Assembly (NCBI GenBank): GCA_030040575.1
Contig: JASHTK010000109.1
Span: 1 to 49,018, forward strand
DNA length: 49,018 nt
Source: Gammaproteobacteria bacterium
GTDB lineage: Bacteria; Pseudomonadota; Gammaproteobacteria; Steroidobacterales; Steroidobacteraceae
Reading direction: 5' to 3'
Made by a program: the position numbers and the translations under genes
The notes under the pieces: model-generated
The model's database searches: none
The model's input: the letters and a program-made list of their open reading frames with translations, nothing else
Told to the model about the DNA's origin: nothing
Shown here: positions 16,677-29,444 of the stretch, in pieces
Position numbering within the stretch: position 1 is the stretch's first letter
Layout of the letters: each line of letters begins with the position of its first letter

Positions 16677-18485
16677 ATGGCCGTACCGATCAAAGCCGCG
16701 CCCGATGGGTCCGCCGTCTCGGCGCTCAACCGCCCGCTCGCCCGCGAGGAGGCGACGACGCGCAGCGCGCGGCTGCGCCAGATGCTCGTGAGCGACCGGC
16801 TCGAGTTCCTGATGGAGGCGCACAACGGGCTCTCGGCGCGCATTGTGCGCGAGGTGGGATTCCGCGGCATCTGGGCGTCGGGGCTCAGCATCGCCGCGCA
16901 GTTCGGGGTGCGCGACAACAACGAGGCGAGCTGGACGCAGGTCGTCGAGATGCTGGAGTTCATGGCCGACGCGAGCGATCTGCCCATCCTGCTCGACGGC
17001 GACACCGGCTACGGCAACTTCAACAACCTGCGCCGCCTGGTGCGCAAGCTCGAGCAGCGCGGCATCGCGGGGGTGTGCATCGAGGACAAGCAGTTTCCGA
17101 AGACCAACAGCTTCTTGAACGGCGAGCGCCAGCCGCTCGCCGACATCGCGGAGTTCGCCGGCAAGATCACGGCCGGCAAGGACACGCAGCGCGACCCGAG
17201 CTTCTCGATCGTCGCCCGAGTCGAGGCGCTGATCGCCGGCTGGGGCATGGAGGAGGCGCTGCGGCGGGCCGAGGCGTACCGGCGTGCCGGCGCGGACGCG
17301 ATCCTGATCCACAGCAAGCTCTCGAAGCCGGATGAGATCGTCGCGTTCGCGCGCGAGTGGGCGGGACGCGCGCCGCTCGTGATCGTCCCGACGCGCTACT
17401 ACAGCACGCCGACCGCGGTGTTCCGCCAGGCGGGCATCAGCGTCGTCATCTGGGCCAACCACATGGTGCGAGCCGCCGCCGCCGCCATGCAGAGCGTCGC
17501 GAAGGAGATTCACTCGAGCGAGACGCTCGTGAACGTCGAGGACCGGATCGTGCCGGTCGCGGAGATCTTCCGCCTGCAGGACGCCGATGAGTACTCGGCG
17601 GCCGAGCGGCTTTACCTCGCCGCATGCGGCACTTCGCGCGCGGCAATCGTGCTCGCGGCGAGCCGCGGCCGCGGACTCGAGGCCGTGACGGTGGACCGCC
17701 CGAAGGTGATGCTGCCGATCGCCGGCAAGCCGCTGCTGCGCTGGCTGGTGGACAGCTTCAAGAAGGAGAGCATCAACGACATCACCGTCGTCGGCGGCTA
17801 CCGGGCCGATGCGATCGACACGGCGGGCATCCAGCTCGTCGTGAACGAGCGCTACGCCGAGACCGGCGAGCTCGCCTCGCTCGCCTGCGCGGCCGGCGCG
17901 CTCGAGTCGGACGCGGTGATCTCCTACGGCGATCTGTTGTTTCGCAGCTACGTGCTGCGCGACCTCCTCGAGAGCAAGGCCGACTTCTCCGTGGTGGTGG
18001 ACTCCTCCCCGACGGATGCGAGCAACCGCACGGTGCGGGATTTCGCCTACTGCTCGCGCGCGGACGATCGCGGCCTGTTCGGCACGCCGGTATTGCTCGA
18101 GCGGGTGTGCGGCGCGGCCGACGGGCGGCAGGTCGGAGCCGCGGCGCCGGGGGCGCCGCAGGCGGCCTCCCCGGGCGACGGCGCCCAAGGCCGCTGGATC
18201 GGGCTGCTCAAAGTGAGCGGCAAGGGGCTCGCATCGCTCAAGGCGGTGCTCGGCGCGCTGCGCGCGCGGCCGGATTTCGACCGGCTCGACGTCCCGCACC
18301 TCCTCAACGCGCTGATCGCCGAGGGAGCGCGGATCGAGGTCCTCTACGTGCATGGCCACTGGCGCGGCGTCAACGATCTCGAGGACTTCCACCGGGCGGG
18401 CGACTTCGCGCACGCGCAAACGCCGTTCGCGGCGGCGTCCGGCACGGGATCGGGCGCGGCACCGGCGGATCGGGGCGATGATTGA
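16677..18485 (+). CDS. pepM: Phosphoenolpyruvate phosphomutase fused to a C-terminal nucleotidyltransferase domain
   Basis: PepM/isocitrate-lyase-superfamily motifs are [23 protein letters not shown] and the PepM-diagnostic [11 protein letters not shown]. The C-terminal half carries [15 protein letters not shown]...[14 protein letters not shown], a nucleotidyltransferase loop. The gap to the upstream gene is 8 nt. Confidence 0.92.
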   Translation: MAVPIKAAPDGSAVSALNRPLAREEATTRSARLRQMLVSDRLEFLMEAHNGLSARIVREVGFRGIWASGLSIAAQFGVRDNNEASWTQVVEMLEFMADASDLPILLDGDTGYGNFNNLRRLVRKLEQRGIAGVCIEDKQFPKTNSFLNGERQPLADIAEFAGKITAGKDTQRDPSFSIVARVEALIAGWGMEEALRRAEAYRRAGADAILIHSKLSKPDEIVAFAREWAGRAPLVIVPTRYYSTPTAVFRQAGISVVIWANHMVRAAAAAMQSVAKEIHSSETLVNVEDRIVPVAEIFRLQDADEYSAAERLYLAACGTSRAAIVLAASRGRGLEAVTVDRPKVMLPIAGKPLLRWLVDSFKKESINDITVVGGYRADAIDTAGIQLVVNERYAETGELASLACAAGALESDAVISYGDLLFRSYVLRDLLESKADFSVVVDSSPTDASNRTVRDFAYCSRADDRGLFGTPVLLERVCGAADGRQVGAAAPGAPQAASPGDGAQGRWIGLLKVSGKGLASLKAVLGALRARPDFDRLDVPHLLNALIAEGARIEVLYVHGHWRGVNDLEDFHRAGDFAHAQTPFAAASGTGSGAAPADRGDD

Positions 18486-19665
18486 AGCGCGCGAGTTCGT
18501 GGAGGCGGCGGGCGAGCGCGGCTTCGAGTGGTACGCCGGCGTCCCGTGCTCCTTCCTCACGCCGTTCATCAATTACGTGCTGCAGGACGCCTCGCTCCGC
18601 TACCTGTCCATGGCGAACGAGGGCGATGCGGTCGCACTGATCGCGGGCATCGCGCTCGCGCGCGGCACCGGACCGGCGCGCCGCCGCGGCGTCTCGATGA
18701 TGCAGAACTCCGGGCTCGGCAATGCGGTGAGCCCGCTCACCTCCCTCACCTGGACGTTCCGCCTGCCGCAGCTGCTGGTCGTCACCTGGCGGGGCCAGCC
18801 GGGCGTTGCCGACGAGCCGCAGCACGCGCTCATGGGGCCGATCACCCCGGCGATGCTCGAGACCATGGAGATTCCCTGGGAGCTCTTTCCGACGCAGTCC
18901 GCCGCCATCGGCCCGGCACTCGACCGCGCGACGGCACACATGGATGAGAGTGGCCGGCCGTACGCGCTCGTGATGCAGAAGGGCAGCGTGGCCGCGTACG
19001 CCCTCGGCCCGGGACGCGCCGGTGCGGGGATGCGGTCGTCCGAGCGCACCTTCGCGGCTGCCGTGTCGAGCGGGGGGCGGAGCGCTCCGGAGGCGAGGCC
19101 CTCGCGGCGCGACGCGCTTCGTGAGATCGTGGCGCACACGCCGAGCGCATCGACCGTGGTGCTGGCATCGACCGGATACTGCGGCCGGGAGCTCTACGCC
19201 ATCGAGGATCGACCGAACCAGCTCTACATGGTCGGCTCGCTCGGGTGCGTGGTGCCTCTCGCCCTCGGATTCGCCCTCGCCCGGCCCGACCTGCGCGTGC
19301 TCGCGCTCGACGGGGACGGCGCGGCGCTGATGCGGCTCGGGGCGTTCGCGACCGTCGGCGCCTACGGCCCGCCGAATCTGACGCATCTCCTGCTCGACAA
19401 CGGCGTGCACGACTCGACGGGGGGTCAGGCGACGGTCTCCCCGAGCACCTCGTTCGCGCAGATCGCCGCCGCGTGCGGCTATGCCTCCTCGCTCGAGACC
19501 GACGATCTCGGCGAGATCGCCGCGTGGCTCGATGCCCCGCCGCGCGGCGGCCCGCGCTTCGCGCGACTGCTGATCCGTCCCGGAACCCCTCACGATCTGC
19601 CGCGCCCCTCCATCGCGCCGTTCGATGTGAAGCGCCGCCTGATGCGGCACTTCGGAGCCGGCTGA
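18478..19665 (+). CDS. ppd: Phosphonopyruvate decarboxylase (ThDP-dependent)
   Basis: ATG 18478 overlaps the pepM stop by 8 nt. The N-terminus is [19 protein letters not shown]. The ThDP-binding region is [14 protein letters not shown]...[14 protein letters not shown]. Confidence 0.9.
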   Translation: MIEAREFVEAAGERGFEWYAGVPCSFLTPFINYVLQDASLRYLSMANEGDAVALIAGIALARGTGPARRRGVSMMQNSGLGNAVSPLTSLTWTFRLPQLLVVTWRGQPGVADEPQHALMGPITPAMLETMEIPWELFPTQSAAIGPALDRATAHMDESGRPYALVMQKGSVAAYALGPGRAGAGMRSSERTFAAAVSSGGRSAPEARPSRRDALREIVAHTPSASTVVLASTGYCGRELYAIEDRPNQLYMVGSLGCVVPLALGFALARPDLRVLALDGDGAALMRLGAFATVGAYGPPNLTHLLLDNGVHDSTGGQATVSPSTSFAQIAAACGYASSLETDDLGEIAAWLDAPPRGGPRFARLLIRPGTPHDLPRPSIAPFDVKRRLMRHFGAG

Positions 19666-20741
19666 TGCTGCTCCTGAACCCGGGACCCGTGTCCTTGAGC
19701 GAGCGGGTACGGCGGAGCCTGCTGCAGCCCGACCTGTGCCATCGCGAGAGGGAGTTCTTCGACCTGCAGGAGGAGGCGCGCGCGCGACTGCTCGGGACGT
19801 ACCGGCTCGACCCGGCCGAGTGGGCCGCCGTGCTGATCAGCGCATCGGGGACCGCGGCGGTCGAGAGCATGGTGGCCTCACTCGCGCCCTCGGCCGGCCG
19901 GCTACTCACGCTCGAGAACGGCGTGTATGGCGAGCGCATCGCGCAGATTTGCGAGCGGTACGGGATCGCGCACGAGCGGGTGATGGGCGCGTGGACCCGC
20001 GCGCTCGACCTCGAAGCCGTCGCCGCGCGGCTCGACGGTGCCGCCCCGAGCGCGCGCTTCACGCACGTCGCGGTGGTGCACCACGAGACGACGACCGGGC
20101 GACTCAACGAGCTCCAACGGCTCATGGAGCTGTGCGGCCGGCGCGGCGTGCGGCTGCTCGTGGACGGCGTCAGCAGCTTTGGTGCCGAGGCGATCGACTT
20201 CGCCGACGAGAGCCTCGCGGCGGTCGCCGCAACGGCGAACAAGTGCCTGCACGCCGTGCCGGGAGTCTCCTTTGTGGTCGCGCGGCGCAGCGCGCTGCGC
20301 GCGGCGGTGAGCCGCGCCTTCTATCTCGACCTCGGCCGGCTCGCGGACTTGCAGGATCGGCGCGACACGCCGTTCACACCCGCCGTCCACGCCCATTACG
20401 CGCTGGTCGAGGCCCTGCGCGAGCTCGCCGAGCAAGGCGGGCAGCCGGCCCGCCACCGGCGCTACGCCGCGCTCGCCGAGCAGGTGCGCGCAGGGCTCGC
20501 CGCGCTCGGCATCGCGGCGGTCGTGCCTCCCGAGCAGTCGTCGGTGGTGTTGCGCTCGTACCGGCTGCCGGCAGGTCTCGCCTACGCGGCCCTGCACGAC
20601 GCCCTGAAGGCAGAGGGCTTCGTGATCTACGCGGGGCAGGGGGAGCTCTCGCGGACGCTCTTTCGCATCTCGACCATGGGCGAGGTGAGCTCGGCGGACA
20701 TCGACCGACTCCTCCGGTGCATCGCGCCAGTCCTGCGATGA
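19665..20741 (+). CDS. phnW: 2-aminoethylphosphonate:pyruvate aminotransferase (class V)
   Basis: ATG 19665 lies in a TGATG overlap with the ppd stop. The N-terminus is [20 protein letters not shown]. The PLP-lysine region is ATANKCLHAVPGVSFVV. Confidence 0.88.
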   Translation: MLLLNPGPVSLSERVRRSLLQPDLCHREREFFDLQEEARARLLGTYRLDPAEWAAVLISASGTAAVESMVASLAPSAGRLLTLENGVYGERIAQICERYGIAHERVMGAWTRALDLEAVAARLDGAAPSARFTHVAVVHHETTTGRLNELQRLMELCGRRGVRLLVDGVSSFGAEAIDFADESLAAVAATANKCLHAVPGVSFVVARRSALRAAVSRAFYLDLGRLADLQDRRDTPFTPAVHAHYALVEALRELAEQGGQPARHRRYAALAEQVRAGLAALGIAAVVPPEQSSVVLRSYRLPAGLAYAALHDALKAEGFVIYAGQGELSRTLFRISTMGEVSSADIDRLLRCIAPVLR

Positions 20742-22099
20742 GCGAGGCGCCTCGGCGCACGCCGCGCGCAGCACCTCCTTGCCGTCTTGCCGCGGTGGTC
20801 GCGCTGGCGGTGGGCATCGCCGCGTCGCTTGACGCCGCGGGCGCTTGGGCGCAGGACCCGGCCGAGGTGCCCGGGGTGCCCCAGACGCAATCGCCCGCGT
20901 CGGCACCGAGTCCCCCGACCGCCCCGAGCTCGGCCCTCGCGCGCTGGTTCGACCCGGCGACCGCGCCGTTCATCCCCGTTCCGGAGATCGCGGTCGACCC
21001 GGACAGCGGCACGACGCTCGGGCTCATCCCGACGTGGCTCAAGACGGATGAGAACGGCGCGATCCGCCGCATCATCGCGCCGGATGTGATCTACAACCCG
21101 TACTTCGGCTGGGGAGTGCACGGGCGGCTCTACTCGTACCCCTCGGCCGACGAGCAATGGTCGGTGGTCGGCGAGATCAAGGAGCGCGTCGAGCGCGGGC
21201 TCAACGCGCAGTACCAGCAAGGGCTCCTGCGCCGGGAGCGCTGGTCGTTCTCGACGAGCGTGATCTTCGATCGCGACGGCACGCCGCGCTTCTACGGCAT
21301 CGGCAACGGGACCAAAGAGAGCGCGCAGACGAACTACACCAACCAGCAGGAGCTGTTCCAGGCGCAGATCGGACTCAACCTGAGTCACGCGTGGCAGCTG
21401 CAGTACACCGGGCGCGTGCGCATCGTGGACGTGCTCCCGGGCACGCTCTCGCACATTCCCTCGATCCAGGTGCTCTTTCCCGACGTTCCCGGGCTCGGCA
21501 CCAATCGCGAGGTGCTGAACCGCCTGTCGATCGTCTACGACACCCGCGACAATCTGACCGTTCCGACGCGCGGGGTCGAGTGGGTGGCTTACACCGGCAT
21601 CGCAAGCCGCGGCGGCGTGCTCAACGATTCCGAGGAGAGCGAGGCGGGCATCGATGGCCGCGCCTTCTGGCCGGTCACGCCCGCGACGGTTCTCGCGGCG
21701 CACATGGCCCTGCGGTACGTGCTGTCGGGCAGCGACCTGCCGTTCTGGGCGCTGAGCAGCATCGGCGGCGGTGAGAGCGAGATCGGCGGCGAGCAGCTGC
21801 TGAGAGGCTACGGCGAGGGGCGCTTCTACGATCGCAACTCCTTCGCGGCCTCCGTCGAGCTGCGACACAAGATCATGTCGATCCACGCCACCGCCACACC
21901 GATCGACATCGAGCTCACGCCGTTCGTGGACGCAGGCCGTGTGTTCTCGGATCTCGGTACTGTGCCGCTCACGCAGCTGCACAAGGCGGTGGGGGTGGGC
22001 TTCCGCGGCGTCGCCCGGCCGTTCGTCGTCGGCTACGTCGATATCGGCTACGGGAACGAGGGCGCGGCGGTGTTCACCGGCCTCAACTACCCGTTCTGA
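20738..22099 (+). CDS. Omp85/BamA-TamA-family outer-membrane beta-barrel protein, apparently without POTRA domains
   Basis: ATG 20738 lies in an ATGA overlap with the phnW stop. A signal-like AAVVALAVGIAASLDAAGAWAQ is followed by a Pro/Ser/Ala linker. The body has amphipathic beta-strand character and ends ...TGLNYPF with a terminal Phe. At ~450 aa it is about one barrel in size. Confidence 0.75.
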   Translation: MSEAPRRTPRAAPPCRLAAVVALAVGIAASLDAAGAWAQDPAEVPGVPQTQSPASAPSPPTAPSSALARWFDPATAPFIPVPEIAVDPDSGTTLGLIPTWLKTDENGAIRRIIAPDVIYNPYFGWGVHGRLYSYPSADEQWSVVGEIKERVERGLNAQYQQGLLRRERWSFSTSVIFDRDGTPRFYGIGNGTKESAQTNYTNQQELFQAQIGLNLSHAWQLQYTGRVRIVDVLPGTLSHIPSIQVLFPDVPGLGTNREVLNRLSIVYDTRDNLTVPTRGVEWVAYTGIASRGGVLNDSEESEAGIDGRAFWPVTPATVLAAHMALRYVLSGSDLPFWALSSIGGGESEIGGEQLLRGYGEGRFYDRNSFAASVELRHKIMSIHATATPIDIELTPFVDAGRVFSDLGTVPLTQLHKAVGVGFRGVARPFVVGYVDIGYGNEGAAVFTGLNYPF

Positions 22100-22305
22100 G
22101 TCCCCCCGCCGAGCGCGACCACGAGCAGCGCGGCCGCGAGGACGAGGAGCGCCACGCGCGTCCTCAGCAAGCTCCCGGGCGGCCGGCGCCGGACCGAGCC
22201 GAGCACCTGCGCGAGCTTGCGCTCCCCGCGCGGGCGCGGCCCGAGGGTGACGACGAGCAGCGCGGCCGCGATGCTGAGTGCCAACGGAAGCGTGCTCGCG
22301 ATCAT
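22087..22305 (-). CDS. Possible small two-helix membrane protein (72 aa) with an internal duplication
   Basis: Two hydrophobic segments (LPLALSIAAALLVVTLG and VALLVLAAALLVVALGG) are encoded by a 19-bp perfect direct repeat ACGAGCAGCGCGGCCGCGA at 22121-22139 and 22253-22271. No RBS or homology is recognised. It overlaps the 3' end of the Omp85 gene by 13 nt and may be non-coding. Confidence 0.25.
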   Translation of the reverse strand: MIASTLPLALSIAAALLVVTLGPRPRGERKLAQVLGSVRRRPPGSLLRTRVALLVLAAALLVVALGGGTQNG

Positions 22306-22481
22306 CCTGTCCCCCTTGTTGTTCGTGTTGTCGGCAGGACGGGGGCGGCTCGCGCGCCGCGCGGGTCGCTCGATCCCCCGGATGCAGTGACCGGAGCCTA
22401 CCTCATGCGCGGAGCTGCGTCGAGCTGCGGCGAGCGCGAGCGCCGCATTCGGTCAAATCGAGCGGACCGCCAAGCCGCGGG

Positions 22482-26251
<3,770 letters not shown>

Positions 26252-26253
26252 TC

Positions 26254-26652
26254 ATGAGAGGATCCACGTATCTCGCATTCGCCGGGGCGCTCGCCCTCTC
26301 GCTCCTCGGCGCAGCGCCGCGCGCGCAGGCTCAGATCAGCATCAGCATCGGTGTGCCTCCGGTGTGTCCCTACGGCTACTACGACTACCCGCCGTACCCG
26401 TGCGCGCCTTACGGCTACTACGGTCCGGAATGGTTCGTGAGCGGAGTGTTCATCGGCGCGGGTCCGTGGTTCCACGGTCCGCCGGGCTTCCACGGTCAGG
26501 TCAACAATCATTTCGATCCGCGGCGCGGCTACCGGGGCCCGAGGCCGAAGCCCGGCGCGCAGCGCGATCCGCGGAGGTCCGTCGCCCGCGTGGCGCACTT
26601 CAAGGGCAACGAGACACGCGACGGACGCGGTCACACGACGAGCAAGCGCTGA
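26254..26652 (+). CDS. Small secreted Pro/Tyr/Gly-rich protein, function unknown
   Basis: AGGAGGA lies 5 nt upstream of ATG 26254. The signal peptide is MRGSTYLAFAGALALSLLGAAPRAQA. The mature part contains VCPYGYYDYPPYPCAPYGYYGPEWF and a basic tail. Confidence 0.6.
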   Translation: MRGSTYLAFAGALALSLLGAAPRAQAQISISIGVPPVCPYGYYDYPPYPCAPYGYYGPEWFVSGVFIGAGPWFHGPPGFHGQVNNHFDPRRGYRGPRPKPGAQRDPRRSVARVAHFKGNETRDGRGHTTSKR

Positions 26653-27297
26653 TTGACCGATGCGGTTGAGCGCGGGCGGCGCGGTCGCGCGCCGCCCGTC
26701 CGCAACGTCATCTTTGATTTCGGCGGCGTCCTCGTGCGCTGGAAGCCGCAGGAGATCCTCGAGCGCTTCTACCGGGAGGAGGCGCTGCGCGAGCGGGTGC
26801 GGCGGGCCGTGTTCGAGCATCCGGACTGGGTGGAGATCGATCGCGGAACGCTCGCGGAGGAGGCGGCCGTGCGGCGCTTCGCCGAGCGCACGGATCGGCC
26901 GCGCGAGGAGATCGCCTCGCTCGTGCAGCACGCGAAGGATTCGCTGACGCCGATCCCCGAGTCCGTCGCGCTCCTGCGCGAGCTCTCCCGGCGCCGCGTT
27001 CCGCTCTACGGCCTGTCGAACGTCTCGGCCGAGACGTTCGCGCTGCTGCGCGAGCGGTACGACTTCTGGAGCGTCTTCGCGGGCATCGTGATCTCGGCCG
27101 AGGTCAAGACGGTCAAGCCCGAGCCGGCCATCTTCGAGCATCTGTGCCGGGCGCATGGCCTCACGCCGGCCGAGTCCGCCTTCATCGACGATCATCCGCC
27201 GAACATCGAGGCGGCGAGCCGGCTCGGTTTCCGGACCATCCTGTTCCGCGGCGCGGCCGAGTGCGCGGCGCAGCTCGAGGGCCTGCTCTCTCCGTGA
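26653..27297 (+). CDS. HAD-superfamily phosphatase (subfamily IA, YihX-like)
   Basis: Motif I is VIFDFGGVLV, and motif IV is FIDDHPPNIEAA. The start (TTG 26653) is uncertain. Confidence 0.8.
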   Translation: MTDAVERGRRGRAPPVRNVIFDFGGVLVRWKPQEILERFYREEALRERVRRAVFEHPDWVEIDRGTLAEEAAVRRFAERTDRPREEIASLVQHAKDSLTPIPESVALLRELSRRRVPLYGLSNVSAETFALLRERYDFWSVFAGIVISAEVKTVKPEPAIFEHLCRAHGLTPAESAFIDDHPPNIEAASRLGFRTILFRGAAECAAQLEGLLSP

Positions 27298-27465
27298 GGC
27301 AGGCGGCTCGGCGGGCGGCCCTCGCGATATTGCGACGCACATCGCATCAAGCCGCAAGGTGACCCGCCGATAAAGCCCGAGGGGCGATGCGCCGGCTCCC
27401 CCCTCGTCCCTGAGCAGGCGCCCGGAGCGGTCCGGCGAGAACCGGGCCGCGCGAGATTGCAGGTG

Positions 27466-29244
27466 ATGGCCTCGAACCCTCTTGCGCTCCTCGGTGGCTG
27501 GCTGCACGGCCTCGCATCGGGCGTGTGGCACTGCGCGGACATGCGCCGGCAGGTCGCCGCCTTCGGCCGGATGCTGCCCGTCATCGAGTTCGACCTGCAG
27601 GGCAACGTGCTCCGTGCCAACGAGAACTTCCTGAAGGCCTCCCAGTACTCGCGCGAGGAGCTGCGGGGCGCCCACCACCGGATGTTCGTGGACCCGCAGT
27701 ACGCCGATTCGGCCGAGTACCGCGAGTTCTGGGCGCGGCTGCGCCGCGGCGAGTGCCAGTCGGCGCACTACAAGCGCATGGGCAAGAAAGGCCGCGTCGT
27801 GTGGGTCCAGGCGACCTACTACCCGATCCTCGGACTGCTCGGCCGCCCGTACAAGGTGGTGAAGCACACGGTCGATGTGACCGACCAGATGATGAAGCTG
27901 TCCGACGGCGTCGGCCAGCTCGCCGCGATCAGCAAGGCTCAGGCCGTCATCGAGTTCGATCTCGACGGCACGATCCGCACGGCGAATCAGAATTTCCTCG
28001 CGATGACCGGGTACACGCTCGATGAGCTGCGCGGCCGACCTCACGGCATGCTCCTCGAGGCAGGCTCGCGCGAGAGCGAGGAGCAGCACGCGTTCTGGAG
28101 GCGGCTCGCTCGCGGGGAGTACGACGCGGGCCGCTACAAGCGCCTCGCCAAGGGCGGCCGCGAGGTGTGGATCCAGGCGAGCTACAACCCCATCCTCGAT
28201 GCCGAGGGCAAGCCGTTCAAGATCGTCAAGTACGCGACGGATATCACCGCGCAGGTGAGCTTCGCCGAGCAGCTGCGGCGCGCCGTGCAGGAGACCCATG
28301 CCGTCGTCGCGGCGGCGACCGAGGGCGATCTCACGCGGCGGCTGTCCCTCGAGGGCAAGACGGGCGAGCTCGCGACGCTCTCCGAGGGCGTCAACTCGCT
28401 CCTCGACGTGGTGGCCGCGCTCGTCGGGCGGATCAAGGACGTGACGGGCGAGGTGCAGAACGGCGCCGAGCAGATCGGCAGCGGCAACATGGACCTCGCG
28501 CACCACGCGGACGAGCAGGCCTCCCACCTCAAGCGGGCCGCGACCCTGATGGAGAACATGGCGGGCTCCGTCAAGCAGACCGCGCAGAACGCGGCGCGCG
28601 CGAACGAGCTGGCGACCACCGCGAGCGACCGGGCGCAGAAGGGCGGCTCGGTCGTCGGCTCCGCGGTCACGGCGATGGGCGGGATCAACGCCGCGGCGCG
28701 CAAGATCGCCGACATCATCGGCGTGATCGACGCGATCGCCTTCCAGACGAACCTGCTCGCGCTCAATGCGGCGGTGGAGGCCGCGCGCGCCGGCGAGCAG
28801 GGGCGCGGCTTCGCGGTGGTCGCGAGCGAGGTCCGCAACCTCGCCGGACGCAGCGCGACGGCCGCGAAGGAGATCAAGGCGCTGATCCAGGACAGCGTCG
28901 CGAGGGTCGGGGAGGGAAGCCGCCTCGTCGAGGAGTCCGGCCGCTCGCTCGCCGAGATCGTGGCCGCCGTGCGGCAGGCGACCGAGATCGTCGCGCAGAT
29001 CGCGAGCGCGAGCCGCGAGCAGTCCGCGGAGATCGAGCACGCGAGCCGCACGGTGATGCAGATGGAGTCGATGACCCAGGAGAATGCGGCGCTCGTCGAG
29101 CAGGCCGCGGCGGCGAGCGAGTCGATCGTCGAGCAGGTGCGCGCGCTCAATGCGATGGTCGCAGGCTACCGCCTCGAGGCGCTCGCGCCTCGGAATGCCG
29201 ATCTCCCGCAAGAATCGCCCGCGCCGCGCCGCGCGATGCCGTGA
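27466..29244 (+). CDS. Soluble methyl-accepting chemotaxis protein with two PAS domains
   Basis: Two PAS-like repeats are present: [17 protein letters not shown]... and [17 protein letters not shown]... The MCP signalling hairpin is [40 protein letters not shown]. No TM segment is seen. ATG 27466 is preferred over the in-frame TTG 27457. Confidence 0.88.
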   Translation: MASNPLALLGGWLHGLASGVWHCADMRRQVAAFGRMLPVIEFDLQGNVLRANENFLKASQYSREELRGAHHRMFVDPQYADSAEYREFWARLRRGECQSAHYKRMGKKGRVVWVQATYYPILGLLGRPYKVVKHTVDVTDQMMKLSDGVGQLAAISKAQAVIEFDLDGTIRTANQNFLAMTGYTLDELRGRPHGMLLEAGSRESEEQHAFWRRLARGEYDAGRYKRLAKGGREVWIQASYNPILDAEGKPFKIVKYATDITAQVSFAEQLRRAVQETHAVVAAATEGDLTRRLSLEGKTGELATLSEGVNSLLDVVAALVGRIKDVTGEVQNGAEQIGSGNMDLAHHADEQASHLKRAATLMENMAGSVKQTAQNAARANELATTASDRAQKGGSVVGSAVTAMGGINAAARKIADIIGVIDAIAFQTNLLALNAAVEAARAGEQGRGFAVVASEVRNLAGRSATAAKEIKALIQDSVARVGEGSRLVEESGRSLAEIVAAVRQATEIVAQIASASREQSAEIEHASRTVMQMESMTQENAALVEQAAAASESIVEQVRALNAMVAGYRLEALAPRNADLPQESPAPRRAMP

Positions 29245-29444
29245 GCCGAGCGGGCCGCCCGCGCAGCGTTATATACGGGTAAATATTTTCCCGCCGAGAC
29301 GGGCCATGATGATAGCGGAGCCGCCATCGGCCCGCCTTTCATTTCCGCCGGGGGCACGGCTACACTCGCTCCGCGGTCGGCTCGCCGATGAGCTCTGACT
29401 CGATCAACGTCGGCCGCCGACGAGGACTCGCTGCGGGAGCTCCC

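Noticed and set aside
29245-29262. GC-rich palindrome GCGGGCCGCCCGC after the chemoreceptor stop as a terminator
   Set aside because: The loop would be only 1-3 nt, and no T-tract follows.
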